From Hormiphora californensis (lineage: Eukaryota > Animalia > Ctenophora), in assembly GCA_020137815.1 (NCBI GenBank), contig CM035362.1, positions 744,001 to 808,000 on the forward strand: DNA of 64,000 nucleotides, read 5' to 3'. Positions 51,016 to 64,000 of this stretch are shown here, one piece after another. Numbering within the stretch: the stretch's first letter is position 1; the number at the start of each line of letters is the position of its first letter. The translations under genes were made by a program, and so were the position numbers. Below the pieces are notes generated by a model. The model did no database searches, was not told the DNA's origin, and saw only the letters and a program-made list of their open reading frames with translations.

Positions 51016-52019
51016 GAGAGCTTGAAGAGGCTGGAATAAAGCGTTGAAGATTGCTCGAAAGAAATCTGATTGGTCTACCATCCAGGAGGTGAGAGAAAAA
51101 TAACAATTGTATATATCATGGTTAGCTTGGTTACCTTGGTTCAGGGCTGGCTCCAGGGGGTGATGCACACCCCCCCAAAAATTATTGGCAGCAAAGCTGC
51201 CAAGACTGTCTGAGACCATTTGGATTGGGAAACCACCCCAAAAATTTAAAATTTTCAGTAAAATTTTTGACTGATCACAACCGAATTAAAATCACCTAGT
51301 GAACATCACTGAGTGAGAGAGAGAGCATTGTAGCATTCATAAATCTAGAAAGTAGACGTCACAAATGATTAAAAACCCTAAAATTTGCTTGATTTATTTA
51401 AAAAATTTCCTGGGACTTCGCCCCCTGGACCCCCCCCCCCTGGGCGGAGCTCGCAAATGCTACAATTAGGGAACAGTGGCCTTCGGCCACTGCACCCCCC
51501 AGAAATATCGGGCTGGAGCCAGCCCTGCCTTGGTTACCATGCATAATAACTATGTCTTGGTTATCATGGTTACAATGGTGACTAATATAATAGGGGGTAT
51601 GCATAAGCCCGGATAGTCCGGATAATAGGAATATTCAGGAAAGTTATTCCAGCATATATGCATACGAGCTGGAATACTCCGGTAATCATGCCCAGATAAC
51701 TCGTATAGCCCGTATCTAGATTTGATAATCATACTCTGATATCCCGGAGTGTCCTCTAGGCTATCCTGAAAATACCAATTATCCGGACTATCCAGGTTAT
51801 CCGGGTTTATGCATACCAGGCCCTAATTAGCCTTTCGTATCGCTAATCTCTCGTATGGCTTCCTTTATCAAAAGTAGTAAATTCCAGTTTGGATCAGAGA
51901 GAAACATTAGCAAGTTCTTTCTTAAACAGCGTCCATTTCAGGTGATGCAGAACCTGACAATTTTAAAGAAGAAGCGAGAGAGTCCTGATCTCATTCATGA
52001 TATTAAACAAGAGAGTTGA
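51016..52019 (+). pseudogene. Second orphan copy of TTC19 exons 8 (51016-51088) and 9 (51942-52019)
   Basis: Same 10-bp deletion as at 43543. Confidence 0.9.
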
Positions 52020-52803
52020 GAGAAATACAATTTATTTTATTGTTACTTTTGGTACCTTTGTTAAGTTATTTTGGCTGCTTTTATTCTGCATCGTAATGGC
52101 TGAGGTATATGTGCTATAACACCGGTGTGTATCTGTATATCGCGCCCCGAGATATGCACGCATAGAGACGATATGCAATATATCGCCCCGAACGTAGTGA
52201 GGGCGATATATTTGATACAAATAAGGTGTTATAGCATATAACGCCCACTGCAAGCAAGGAGAGAACAACACTAATCCCCTTTCAAGTTTTTCAACTCAAT
52301 TTGACAAACTATTCAACATTATCAAAGTTTCACAGCAACAACAAATAATTACACAGAGAGAGAGAGGCAACACAACTCATGTCAATCCTTCAAATATGTT
52401 CCCTTTTCAACTCCAGACATGTCTAGACATGTCTAGACACTCACACACACACAAGCGAACTATTTGGTGCTAATTAAATAGAGAGAGATAAAGATTACCT
52501 ATGTCTCTCTTGTCTCTCCTTCTCTTGTCACCATTCCCCGCCCCTTGTTGTGTTAATCTCTCTTTCTTTTTGCAACAGTGTGTACACAACAGTACACACA
52601 CACAAAAGAAAGAGTTTTCACACCTTTTTGGGCGAATTCTTACATGTAATAAATTGCAATTTTGGAGCGGGCGTTATGAGATATATCATTTCGGATGCAG
52701 TCATATCAGCCCGCTACCGCGCGGGTGTTATTTCTCCAAAAAATGTGCAGTGGGCGTTATATTTCTGTAATCTTCCTAACTTGATCATTGTTTTAGGTAG
52801 GCG

Positions 52804-54372
52804 ATGGCAAGATCCCGGCTTGCTTATCTCACCCTCAGATGTCTCACAGCCATCCCTCCTCCTCCTCCTCAAGTCCTCTCAACTCCTCATCTCCTCTCAG
52901 CTAGACCCCTCTCCACACCCTCCTCCCACCCCTCTCCCTGGAGAGAAGACCACCCCAACCACACATCGGGTGTCAAGGGATCATGGTACAGCCGCCGTCT
53001 GAAGCTCATGATTCACAGTCTCAAACAGGAACCTGGGGAATCACGTGAAGACCTGAAGGTGATCCTAAGGGACATGTTTAGTGTTATACCGGGGGATCCT
53101 GTGAGGCTGGATCATGCTTACCGAGTTTATAGCACCACTGACAATGATGGTTGTTATGCGGTCAGGGCGACCTTTGAGAACAGTGATGACGTGCAGAGAA
53201 TAATGAAAAACCGGAAAAAAATCGCATTATCGGGGGATGAACGAGTTGCTAAGGTGACCATCTTCAGGGATCGGAATACAGATCTGGATAAGAAGTTAAA
53301 AAAGCTGCAGAAAGAGAGACCGGATCGGACATTTTGCATCTTAGCCAACAATATTGCTGATGTGACTGCTGATGAAAAAGGTAATAAAGTTTTTGTTGAT
53401 CTGTTTGATCATTCCAAATCAATCAAAATCTTCAACCTACCGGAAATAGACCAAAGGGAAAACACATTCTCCCTAGTCGAGGATCTTCTAAAAGAACGAG
53501 GGTTGGAGCATCATTGTGTTAGGGCAGCATTCTGGGTGAGGATGAAGAATGACCCCAATCTTCGAGTTCTTAGAGCGGTGTTTGATTCGAATGAAGTTGT
53601 CACCCAGATCGTGGACACTTTCGCAAAAAAACCCTCCCAAAAGTATGACGGTAAAGTGTTCCTTCATCCGAGCACCCCAGAACGATACAGACCTCCTATA
53701 AACCCTGATTCTACCTTCTTTATTTGCAACTTTAACATCCCTGGGGATTGGGACAAGCAGATGTTGTTGGCGGAGGGGATTGTCAAGTATCTGATGCCTG
53801 AGAACACGCCCGAGATTGAACACGTCTCATTTTATGGACGAACTTGGAATAAAAAAGAGAATTCGATTCTGAACGTCCAACTAGATTGTCCCAAGGCAGC
53901 TCAGCTGATCATACAACAGAAGCACCGCCTAGCCGCTAATAAGGATTATAGCACTGCGTTCATACTCCCCTACGTGGAGAACTGGAAATCAATGAGTAAA
54001 ACAAAAAAGATCCCGTTAGACATGTTGCGTAAAGTGGACCCCAAGAAACGAGTGTTTATCCAGAATTTACCACGAACCACAGATAACGGAGGGGAGGAGG
54101 CTGATGAGGCTCTGAAGGAGTCTGTTGAGAGTTTGTTCTCTAGCTGGGAGGAAAAACCAACCGTTTTAAGTGTGTTCCGGACGGGCCGTCCAAATTCCCA
54201 CGGCAGAAGACCTGTTCGAATCATCCTGGAGACGGAGGAAGATGCGGCTTTGATTTTGCAGCAAAACCGGAAACTTGTCCGACACAATGAACGTAGTTTC
54301 AAGCTGCACGTTTACGGCAGAGGAAAGGATGAGGAAGATGATGAGAAGAAAAACAATTTGAGATGGTGGTAA
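52804..54372 (+). CDS. Unknown protein, copy 3: presequence-like N-terminus plus 4 RRM-like domains (522 aa, most complete)
   Basis: Intact intronless ORF. Confidence 0.78.
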   Translation: MARSRLAYLTLRCLTAIPPPPPQVLSTPHLLSARPLSTPSSHPSPWREDHPNHTSGVKGSWYSRRLKLMIHSLKQEPGESREDLKVILRDMFSVIPGDPVRLDHAYRVYSTTDNDGCYAVRATFENSDDVQRIMKNRKKIALSGDERVAKVTIFRDRNTDLDKKLKKLQKERPDRTFCILANNIADVTADEKGNKVFVDLFDHSKSIKIFNLPEIDQRENTFSLVEDLLKERGLEHHCVRAAFWVRMKNDPNLRVLRAVFDSNEVVTQIVDTFAKKPSQKYDGKVFLHPSTPERYRPPINPDSTFFICNFNIPGDWDKQMLLAEGIVKYLMPENTPEIEHVSFYGRTWNKKENSILNVQLDCPKAAQLIIQQKHRLAANKDYSTAFILPYVENWKSMSKTKKIPLDMLRKVDPKKRVFIQNLPRTTDNGGEEADEALKESVESLFSSWEEKPTVLSVFRTGRPNSHGRRPVRIILETEEDAALILQQNRKLVRHNERSFKLHVYGRGKDEEDDEKKNNLRWW

Positions 54373-54525
54373 TTTATTATGATTTGGTGTCAGGTGTGTG
54401 ACAATTTTATTGTTTGAAGTGTTTCTAGTGAGAAAATTTTTCAAACTGACTTTCTAAATCGTTTTACATTAATACCGCTGTTGCCTATTTTGATATCTCA
54501 CTATATTATAGTGGTAATGTAGATA

Positions 54526-56008
54526 ATGTTCCTTGCTAACCGGTCCCTCCGATGTCTCTCAACAAAAACTATCTTCACATCAACTCTCTCTACCCGCTCA
54601 GAATCAACAGCCGCACCTTGGAAAACAACTGCCTCGAAATCTCGAGTTCCTGGTTCATGGCAGCAACGCCGCCTGAAACTCATCATCCAGGGACTTGAGC
54701 AGGATTCCAGATGAGACTACATCGGAACTAATGACAACTCTCCAGACAATGTTTAGTTTTGTGCCCGGTGACCCAGTTAGTTTGGTTCACGCTTATCGTA
54801 TTGACAACACGCCTGATGATAATGGGTGGTGCAAGGTACGGGCGACATTTAAAAACACTGCAGATGCAACGAGAATTTTTGAGAATCGTTTCCTAGTTAG
54901 AAAACTTGAAGACGAAAGGATCGCTCGGGCAAATATCTTTCGAGATCGGAACGAGAAACTTCATCAAAAGTTACAGGACTTACAGAGAGAAAAGCCTGAT
55001 CGAACGTTTCGTATTTTAGCGAACCAGCTAGTTGATGTTACACGAGATGAGAACGGGGAGAAGGTCACAGTGGACTTGTTCGATCATACGAAAACAATTA
55101 AAATCTTGAACCTCCCTGACAGTCAAGAGGAGAACGTGTTTCTGGTGGTTGAAGAGCTGCTACAGGACCTGGGGCTAGATCATTGTGTTAGGTGTGCGTT
55201 TAGGGTGAACGTGAAGAACTATGAACCCGGTGATTCCCGGGTTATCCGAGCGATATTTGATTCGAACGAGGTTGTCAACGAAATTCTCTCCACGTTAGAG
55301 GAGGTTGAGTTGTCTGGTAAACACAAGGGAGTGATCGTCCATCCCATGACCCAATCTGGGTATTATAGTACCTTAGAGCAATACCAACCCCCTCTAAACC
55401 CTGATTCTAGTTTCTTCATCACAAACTGCCAGGTATCGGGGGACCGAGGAGAACAGATGGAGTTAGCAGAGGGTATAGTGAAGTTTCTGAATCCTGAAAA
55501 TACTCCAAAGATTGAAAACGTGGCATTCTATAGTCGGACTTGGATGAATAGGGATTATTCTTTTCTAAATGTCCAATTAGGTTCCCCAGAAGCTGCTCTG
55601 CAAATCATTCGACGAAAGGAACGCCTGGTTTCAAACGAACTCTTCAAAACTGTTTATTTGTACCCTTACCTTGACAATTGGAAGTCCATATTCCAAGATA
55701 AAAGGCCCCGGGTTGAAACGATTGATCCCAAAAGAAGGCTTTTCATCGGAAACTTACCAGGAGCAACAGGCTCAGAAGAATCAGAAGCTGCTCTCCTGAG
55801 ATTGGTCAACAGTTTATTTTCCAGCTGGGAGCAGAAACCTAAAGTTCTTAATACGCTCCGTGTGGGCAAGGAAAATGTTTATGGACGAAGAACGGTTCGG
55901 GTGATACTAGAAACTGAGAAAGATGTGGCTAGGATTTTGGCCAAAAAGGAGGAAATTTCAAAACTTTCAGGACTTAAACTGTATTTTTTATGGAGGGAAC
56001 TCCAGTGA
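54526..56008 (+). CDS. Unknown protein, copy 4 (divergent paralog), with one apparent extra G at 54702-54703
   Basis: MFLANRSLRCLSTKT.. presequence-like start. ORFs 54526-54714 and 54695-56008 join as QGLEQIPDET (cf. HSLKQEPGES in paralogs) if one G is removed. Confidence 0.72.
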
Positions 56009-56402
56009 ACCGATGGGACTCCAGTGAAGCTGGTGGTGATTGGTGTAATTTATTGTACTTGTCTGTGCGTGTTTTGATAAGTTTTTAAATGAATTCAAGA
56101 TCTTTCTTCCTTCATCACCATATATAGTTTTCCCTCTCGGTGTATGTTACCAAAATCAAGTGGTGTTTCACCACTGGTAACCCCTCTTGTAACCCCTCAT
56201 GTCCATCTCTGTATATCTAGTGATATGGCCATGCCACTCCCCCCACTTATTTTGACCTGGATCCACCCCTAGTTACCCCTATTGTAACCCCCATGTCCAT
56301 CTCTCTATATCTAGTGGTATGGCATAGAGAGTGTAAAGAGTGGCGGGGTATTAGATGAGACTTCCCGCTACTAGTACTGCTTACAAAACAACCAACGCAA
56401 CC

Positions 56403-58722
<2,320 letters not shown>

Positions 58723-59141
58723 AGAACTCGGAGGAAACGTGCAGAGAAAAATGGAGAAAAGAAGATATTATATAGGAGAGCAACAAAGGAGTGATGATGT
58801 ATTTAGTATTATTGGGGCTTGGAACTGAGTTACAATTTGGTTGGGTTTTATAGGTGAAACGGGGGAAATGGGTTAATGTTTGATACCAAACAAAAAATAT
58901 TGAAAATACAAGAGAAATGTGGAAAAAAGCTGATATGTTGCAATGTTCAGAAGTGGCGCTCTATCTTTTAAACTGTCATTTAAAGTTATCAACAGAATTT
59001 GAAAACCCAAACTATCTCGTTTTTATCCCCTCTACTTCAAACCCCCAATATATCACCCATGTGATCTGACCCTCTAATAAGTTTCAGTTTCTCAATTGTA
59101 AAACTGTAATCTCCCAAATGTAGCACACAAGAAACTCTCTC

Positions 59142-59648
59142 ATGTGGTATCACGTGATCCTGCCTGTGGCCTCTATCTGTGCGTTCTACGGGATCGCTGA
59201 ACAATCCCTAAAGGCCCATCACTGGTGGAATTACGGTAAATAAATGATGATTAATTTATTGATTAGTTGATCATTATCGTTATGATTATAGTTCAGTAGT
59301 TTATTGTTTTTCTCCTGTGTATTTCATTTCTTAGTTCCCCACTAATAGTCTCTATTATATCTCAGGCAAGGCCTTCCCCAGTAACGATAAGAGTGAGCTA
59401 CACTGGATAGGACTGGGACGTGATCACAGGATTAGTGGCCGATCTTGTGGACAAAAGGTAATGATTGGGACACTGGGAGTTACCATGGGGTCTGGGGGAG
59501 TTAGTCGGTAACCTCTTGAACCCTCCGCGTGTTCAAATGAAGAGGAGCTGTGATCAGAGTGACTTGTTTAGGTGATGTAGGTATTATCACTTTTGGGGCT
59601 CGTTTCAAATCCCCGGCCTATTTACAGATGTACGAATACGAGCATTGA
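59142..59648 (+). CDS. NDUFA1: Complex I accessory subunit MWFE (3 exons; not in ORF track)
   Basis: Exons 59142-59235, 59366-59457, 59628-59648 give MWYHVILPVASICAFYGIAEQSLKAHHWWNYGKAFPSNDKSELHWIGLGRDHRISGRSCGQKMYEYEH, fitting MWFEILP...HW....RDRRISG. Confidence 0.85.
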
Positions 59649-59844
59649 AAGGACGATACGATACAAGAAGAGGGACTAACTTAAATATACAGAGACAATG
59701 TTGTTAGATCAAATTATGTGAAGTCTTGGTCAATTGAAAAAACACCTTTTTGTATTGTGCGTCTTTAGTTCACCGTCCAATTTGCCCGATACACAGAAGT
59801 ATATTCCCTTGATTCAATATTGTTTCCTATCTAGGCATGATATA

Positions 59845-62800
59845 ATGATGTTGAGGAGTGTGTTGAGTCACCCGGTTAAGCGGCTCGTATCCGCGACTGT
59901 AGGTAAGATGACCCCCACTCATTAGGTAATTTAGGTGATGGCAGCCCCTTGCTTTGTTTTGTTTGAGGACGCCATAGGAATCTGAGATACGTCGCATCAC
60001 CCTACTTAGCTAGACTGTGTTTTGCGCTCCCCGCCCGCATCACCCCACACCATCGCAAAATATTCACAACTTTTGACGCTATTTGAACAGTCTCAGTCAT
60101 TTAAAAACACGCAGTAGTTCTCCCTGTTTTCCCTCGTTCCCTATTTCCCAGCCCGGTCCAACAGTGGAGCTGCTGTAGCACCCCCTCTAGTTGAGGTCTT
60201 TGTTGATGGAAATCCCGTTGAGGTTCCAGTGGGATCTACTGTTATACAGGTACCATCGATTTAACTGAACAGGGAATCCTCAATATTACGGACTGTAGTG
60301 AGAAATAGTATAGAATCTAACCAGACATCAAAACAGAAGTGTATGATCAATGATCATATTACTCTTCAGATCCTACTCGTTTTATCTAGTTTTCTACCCC
60401 TCACTCACACCAGGCATGTGAAGAAGCGGGTGTTGAGATTCCCAGGTTCTGCTACCACGAGCGCCTCTCAGTAGCTGGCAACTGTCGAATGTGCCTGGTC
60501 GAAGTTGAGGGATCTCCCAAGGTGAGATTTGATGTAGATTTGTTATTCAGGGTGTCAAACCGATGTGGCGGAGGTTTGAACTGTTCCAAGCCATGTATTT
60601 TTAAAGACCGAAACAAAACTTCATAATCACTGAATGGTTTCTAAATCTACTCTTCTTCTCTACAGCCGGTTGCAGCGTGTGCTATGCCTGTGATGAAAGG
60701 TTGGAAAATCAACACTGATTCCCCCAAAACAAGAAAGGCCCGGGAGGGTGTAATGGAATTCCTGCTGGTGAATCACCCTCTTGATTGTCCCATCTGTGAT
60801 CAGGTATAATACGTCCCCATCTTTGTGTCTTGTTCGACCTGAGAACAGCAGTATGAATGATACCATCGTTCTTGTTGTTTGGTTACTCAACCCTCCCCAT
60901 TTGATGGAGTTGTACTCCGCGCGCGGCTGACACGCGACTTTTTTAAGATGAAAGTACACCTCTTTTCGCGCGTTCACGGACGCTCCTCCTGTCGCTTGGC
61001 TGCTACTGCTCCAACCTAATTTCTGGTGTCTGCAGCTGCTTAGAATGGAGGATTGAAGGCAGCTGTTGTTCAGTCAATATCACCTGTTTATTTGCAGGGT
61101 GGAGAATGTGATTTACAGGATCAAAGCATGGCATTTGGTGGAGATAGGAGCCGATTTGAAGATATGGGTCACGAGGGAAAGAGGTACATATTGGTCACAA
61201 TGACTGTAAATGTGTTAAATATGAAGATCTAATTCTCCCTCTCTCAGGGCGGTTGCTAACAAGAATATTGGACCTCTAGTAAAGACTATAATGACCCGAT
61301 GCATCCATTGTACTCGGTGTGTCCGGTTCGGTAATGAAGTAGCGGGAGTTGAGGATTTGGGGACCAGTGGACGAGGTGGTCATATGGAGGTAAGTTGGTC
61401 GGAACATTGATGAAGTTTCTAGGTTCAAAATTATAAAATTCGTCTCCTATCATGACCATTGAAGCTGATTAATATAAATTAGGACCCCAGTAAGATTTTA
61501 CTCCCACCCAGATTGGAACATATGTAGAGAAGATGTTCAAATCAGAGCTCAGTGGAAATGTTATCGACCTGTGCCCTGTGGGTGCCTTGACAAGTAAACC
61601 CTACGCTTTCACCGCCCGACCTTGGGAGTTAAGGAGGACTGAAAGTGTTGATGTTATGGACGCTGTCGGTAGGTTTTAGTACCCCCTTCCCCCCGCCCCC
61701 CCCCCCCACCGTTCAAGGACCATGGTGGTGTTTCATACAAGAATGTCCTCTCCGCATTTCGTAAGGCCCCTGGTAGCCATGGTTACCCAATGTAATCTCC
61801 CTTGTTACCATGGTAACTGTATATTCCCTCATGTTACAGGTTCCAATATCGTGGTACAGACCCGGGGTGGAGAGGTGATGAGAATAGTACCTGCAGAGAA
61901 CGAGGAGATTAACGAGGAATGGATCAGTGACAAAACTAGGTGAGAAGGGGAGGAATCTAGGCTGTTGTGTAGCAGCCAGATCAAGAAAATACTTCGAACC
62001 TCTTATCTGCTCCTCAGCTGTCCTGTCGATACTCTTAAAAGGGGGTCATTGCATGATTTTAATTGTTCAAATCTGAAGTCACTACCTACTCCTAGTAAAC
62101 CTGTGTTGTTTTCCCGTCTTTAGATTTGCGTACGATGGACTAAAGAGGCAGCGAATCACAGAACCTTTTGTACGTGGTAAAGATGGATTACTCCAGCCTG
62201 AAACTTGGGAAAATGCTCTCGTCACCGTTGCCAGGTAACTTAGCAACCGTCGCTAGGCAGCATGATACCAATAGTTGCTAGGCAGGAAATCACAGACTGT
62301 GGATGAAAAACCTCATATCCGTTATTACCTCACAGGGTCATGAATTCCCGATCTGGAAATGAAATTGCAGCAGTGGGTGGTGATCTTACTGATGCAGAGA
62401 CTCTCTTCTCAGTCCGACAACTCCTCCATAGGTATGTTACTACTGGCTGCAGAGTTCCAAAGTTGTTCCAGTCGGTCTAAAAGAGTTTGTTAGCTGTTGA
62501 GTGTTGGAGAGAGGCCGCATCTTCATGACTAATTATTTCATTCCTACCCTCCCTTCCTCCCCAGGTTTGATAGTGAGATGTTGATGACTGAAGATGCCTT
62601 CCCAATGGCGGGTGGGTCTGGAACAGACCTCAGATCATCCTACATCTTCAACACATCAATCAGCGGTATCGAGGTTAGTAATGAGTGACATATAATATCG
62701 AACAAGATCATGTTTGATAATTTCCAAACATGAACATTGGTCAAGATAATTTAAATTTGCTACTAAACCTTCCTCTCCCCAGGATTCTGATTTGGTGCTG

Positions 62801-63967
62801 TTGATTGGAACTAACCCTCGATTTGAGGCTCCCATTATTAATGCAAGGATTAGGAAGACCTGGGTCCACTCTCCCGTCGATCTACAGGTGACTAGTGTGG
62901 GGATAATGTGGTTAGTGATAACTGATCAGTGATACGGAGGAGATTGATTGAAATGTGGTTACCACTTGGTCTTTTTTGAGAAAGAGAGAAACAATCGGAG
63001 CGTTTCAATTCATTTAAATGTAAATACATTTCAAGATGATTATATATTTCTGTTCCCAATACCTGTTACCAATATCTGTACCAGGTTGGAGTGGTTGGTG
63101 CTGACAGTGATCTGACCTATCCAACAACCCATCTTGGAAACAGTGTTGAGACTCTAATAGACCTGGCCAACGGATACCATCCCTTCTCTCAAGTAGGTGT
63201 TTTACAGCTTGCTACCCTCTCCTTATCCTGTGTATAGCTAGTGTTTGTTTTCAGTGTTTGGTACTCTGCCAATGACATCGGCCCGATGTATGTACTAATC
63301 CCCCCCCCCTCCCATTAGAAACTGAAGTCAGCAGAACGACCCATGATAATTGTTGGTAGCTCCCTGCTATCCCGTGCTGATGGGGTGGGTATCAGTCAGA
63401 TTATTGGCAAGATATCATCCCAAACCCGGGCCCAGGCTGGATGGAAGAGTCTCAATGTGCTGCAGAGGACTGCTGGGCAGGTGGCTGCCATGGATCTAGG
63501 ATATCATCCTGGTGAGTAGGTCACAGCTGTCCTTGTGTGTTTCATACCGCATTTTATTTCAGGGTTCGGTAGATCAAAGCTGCCCCTACAACTTACAACT
63601 ATCAGGTCCAGCTCTGTCTTCTACTGCCTTCGCTATGTCAATCTTTTTCACTTCTTTGTCTATAGTTCTAATAGCTCCCGACCCAGGCCATGTCCTCACC
63701 TTTCAACTCTCCCAGTGACATTGTAACTCACCACTATTATATCCTACCAGGTATGAAATCCCTCGCTGATGTCCGACTTCTCTTCCTCCTTGGCGCTGAT
63801 TCTGCCCCCATCTCTCGAGAATCCCTGCACCCTGATTGTGTTGTTGTCTACATTGGTTCCCATGGTGACAGTGGAGCTGCACTGGCTGATGTAGTTCTAC
63901 CTGCTGCTGCTTTCACTGAGAAAAGTGGGACTTTCTGTAATACTGAGGGACGTGCTCAGATTACCAC
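59845..63967 (+). CDS. NDUFS1: NADH dehydrogenase 75-kDa Fe-S subunit (continues past window end)
   Basis: [107 protein letters not shown]. Confidence 0.98.
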
Positions 63968-64000
63968 GTGAGTGTGGTTGTTTGTTTGTTTGTTTGTTTC

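Noticed and set aside
39717-56008. Reading the RRM-like ORFs as ordinary LINE ORF1 fragments
   Set aside because: No adjoining ORF2, tail or TSD; tandem multi-domain layout, presequence-like N-terminus and a conserved divergent paralog argue for host genes.

Overview
Eukaryotic (animal) nuclear DNA with short GT-AG introns, many (GA)n microsatellites and dense nested transposons. A ctenophore origin is suggested, tentatively, by a 44-nt motif at 23699-23742 resembling ctenophore spliced leaders (SL). The left half holds a 13-exon GPI-anchored 5'-nucleotidase (8656-13726), a weakly supported minus-strand multi-exon gene, two minisatellites, a 5'-truncated CR1-group LINE with intact ORF2 and a frameshifted L2-type LINE that begins with the SL-like motif. 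The right half is a co-oriented plus-strand gene cluster: TTC19, four intronless paralogs of an unrecognised protein, ING3, NDUFA1 (absent from the ORF track) and NDUFS1. The four paralogs consist of a mitochondrial-presequence-like N-terminus plus 3-4 tandem LINE-ORF1-type RRM-like domains. TTC19 intron 6 carries a Penelope-like element with three hammerhead ribozyme motifs, itself split by a 3.2-kb foldback element. Each cluster gene has an AG a few nt before its ATG, and several intergenic gaps are only about 150-420 bp, suggesting an SL-resolved, mitochondria-themed operon. The best novelty candidates are the putative domesticated retrotransposon-ORF1 mitochondrial RNA-binding family, the operon, and the SL-headed LINE. 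All calls were made by eye; no database searches were run.
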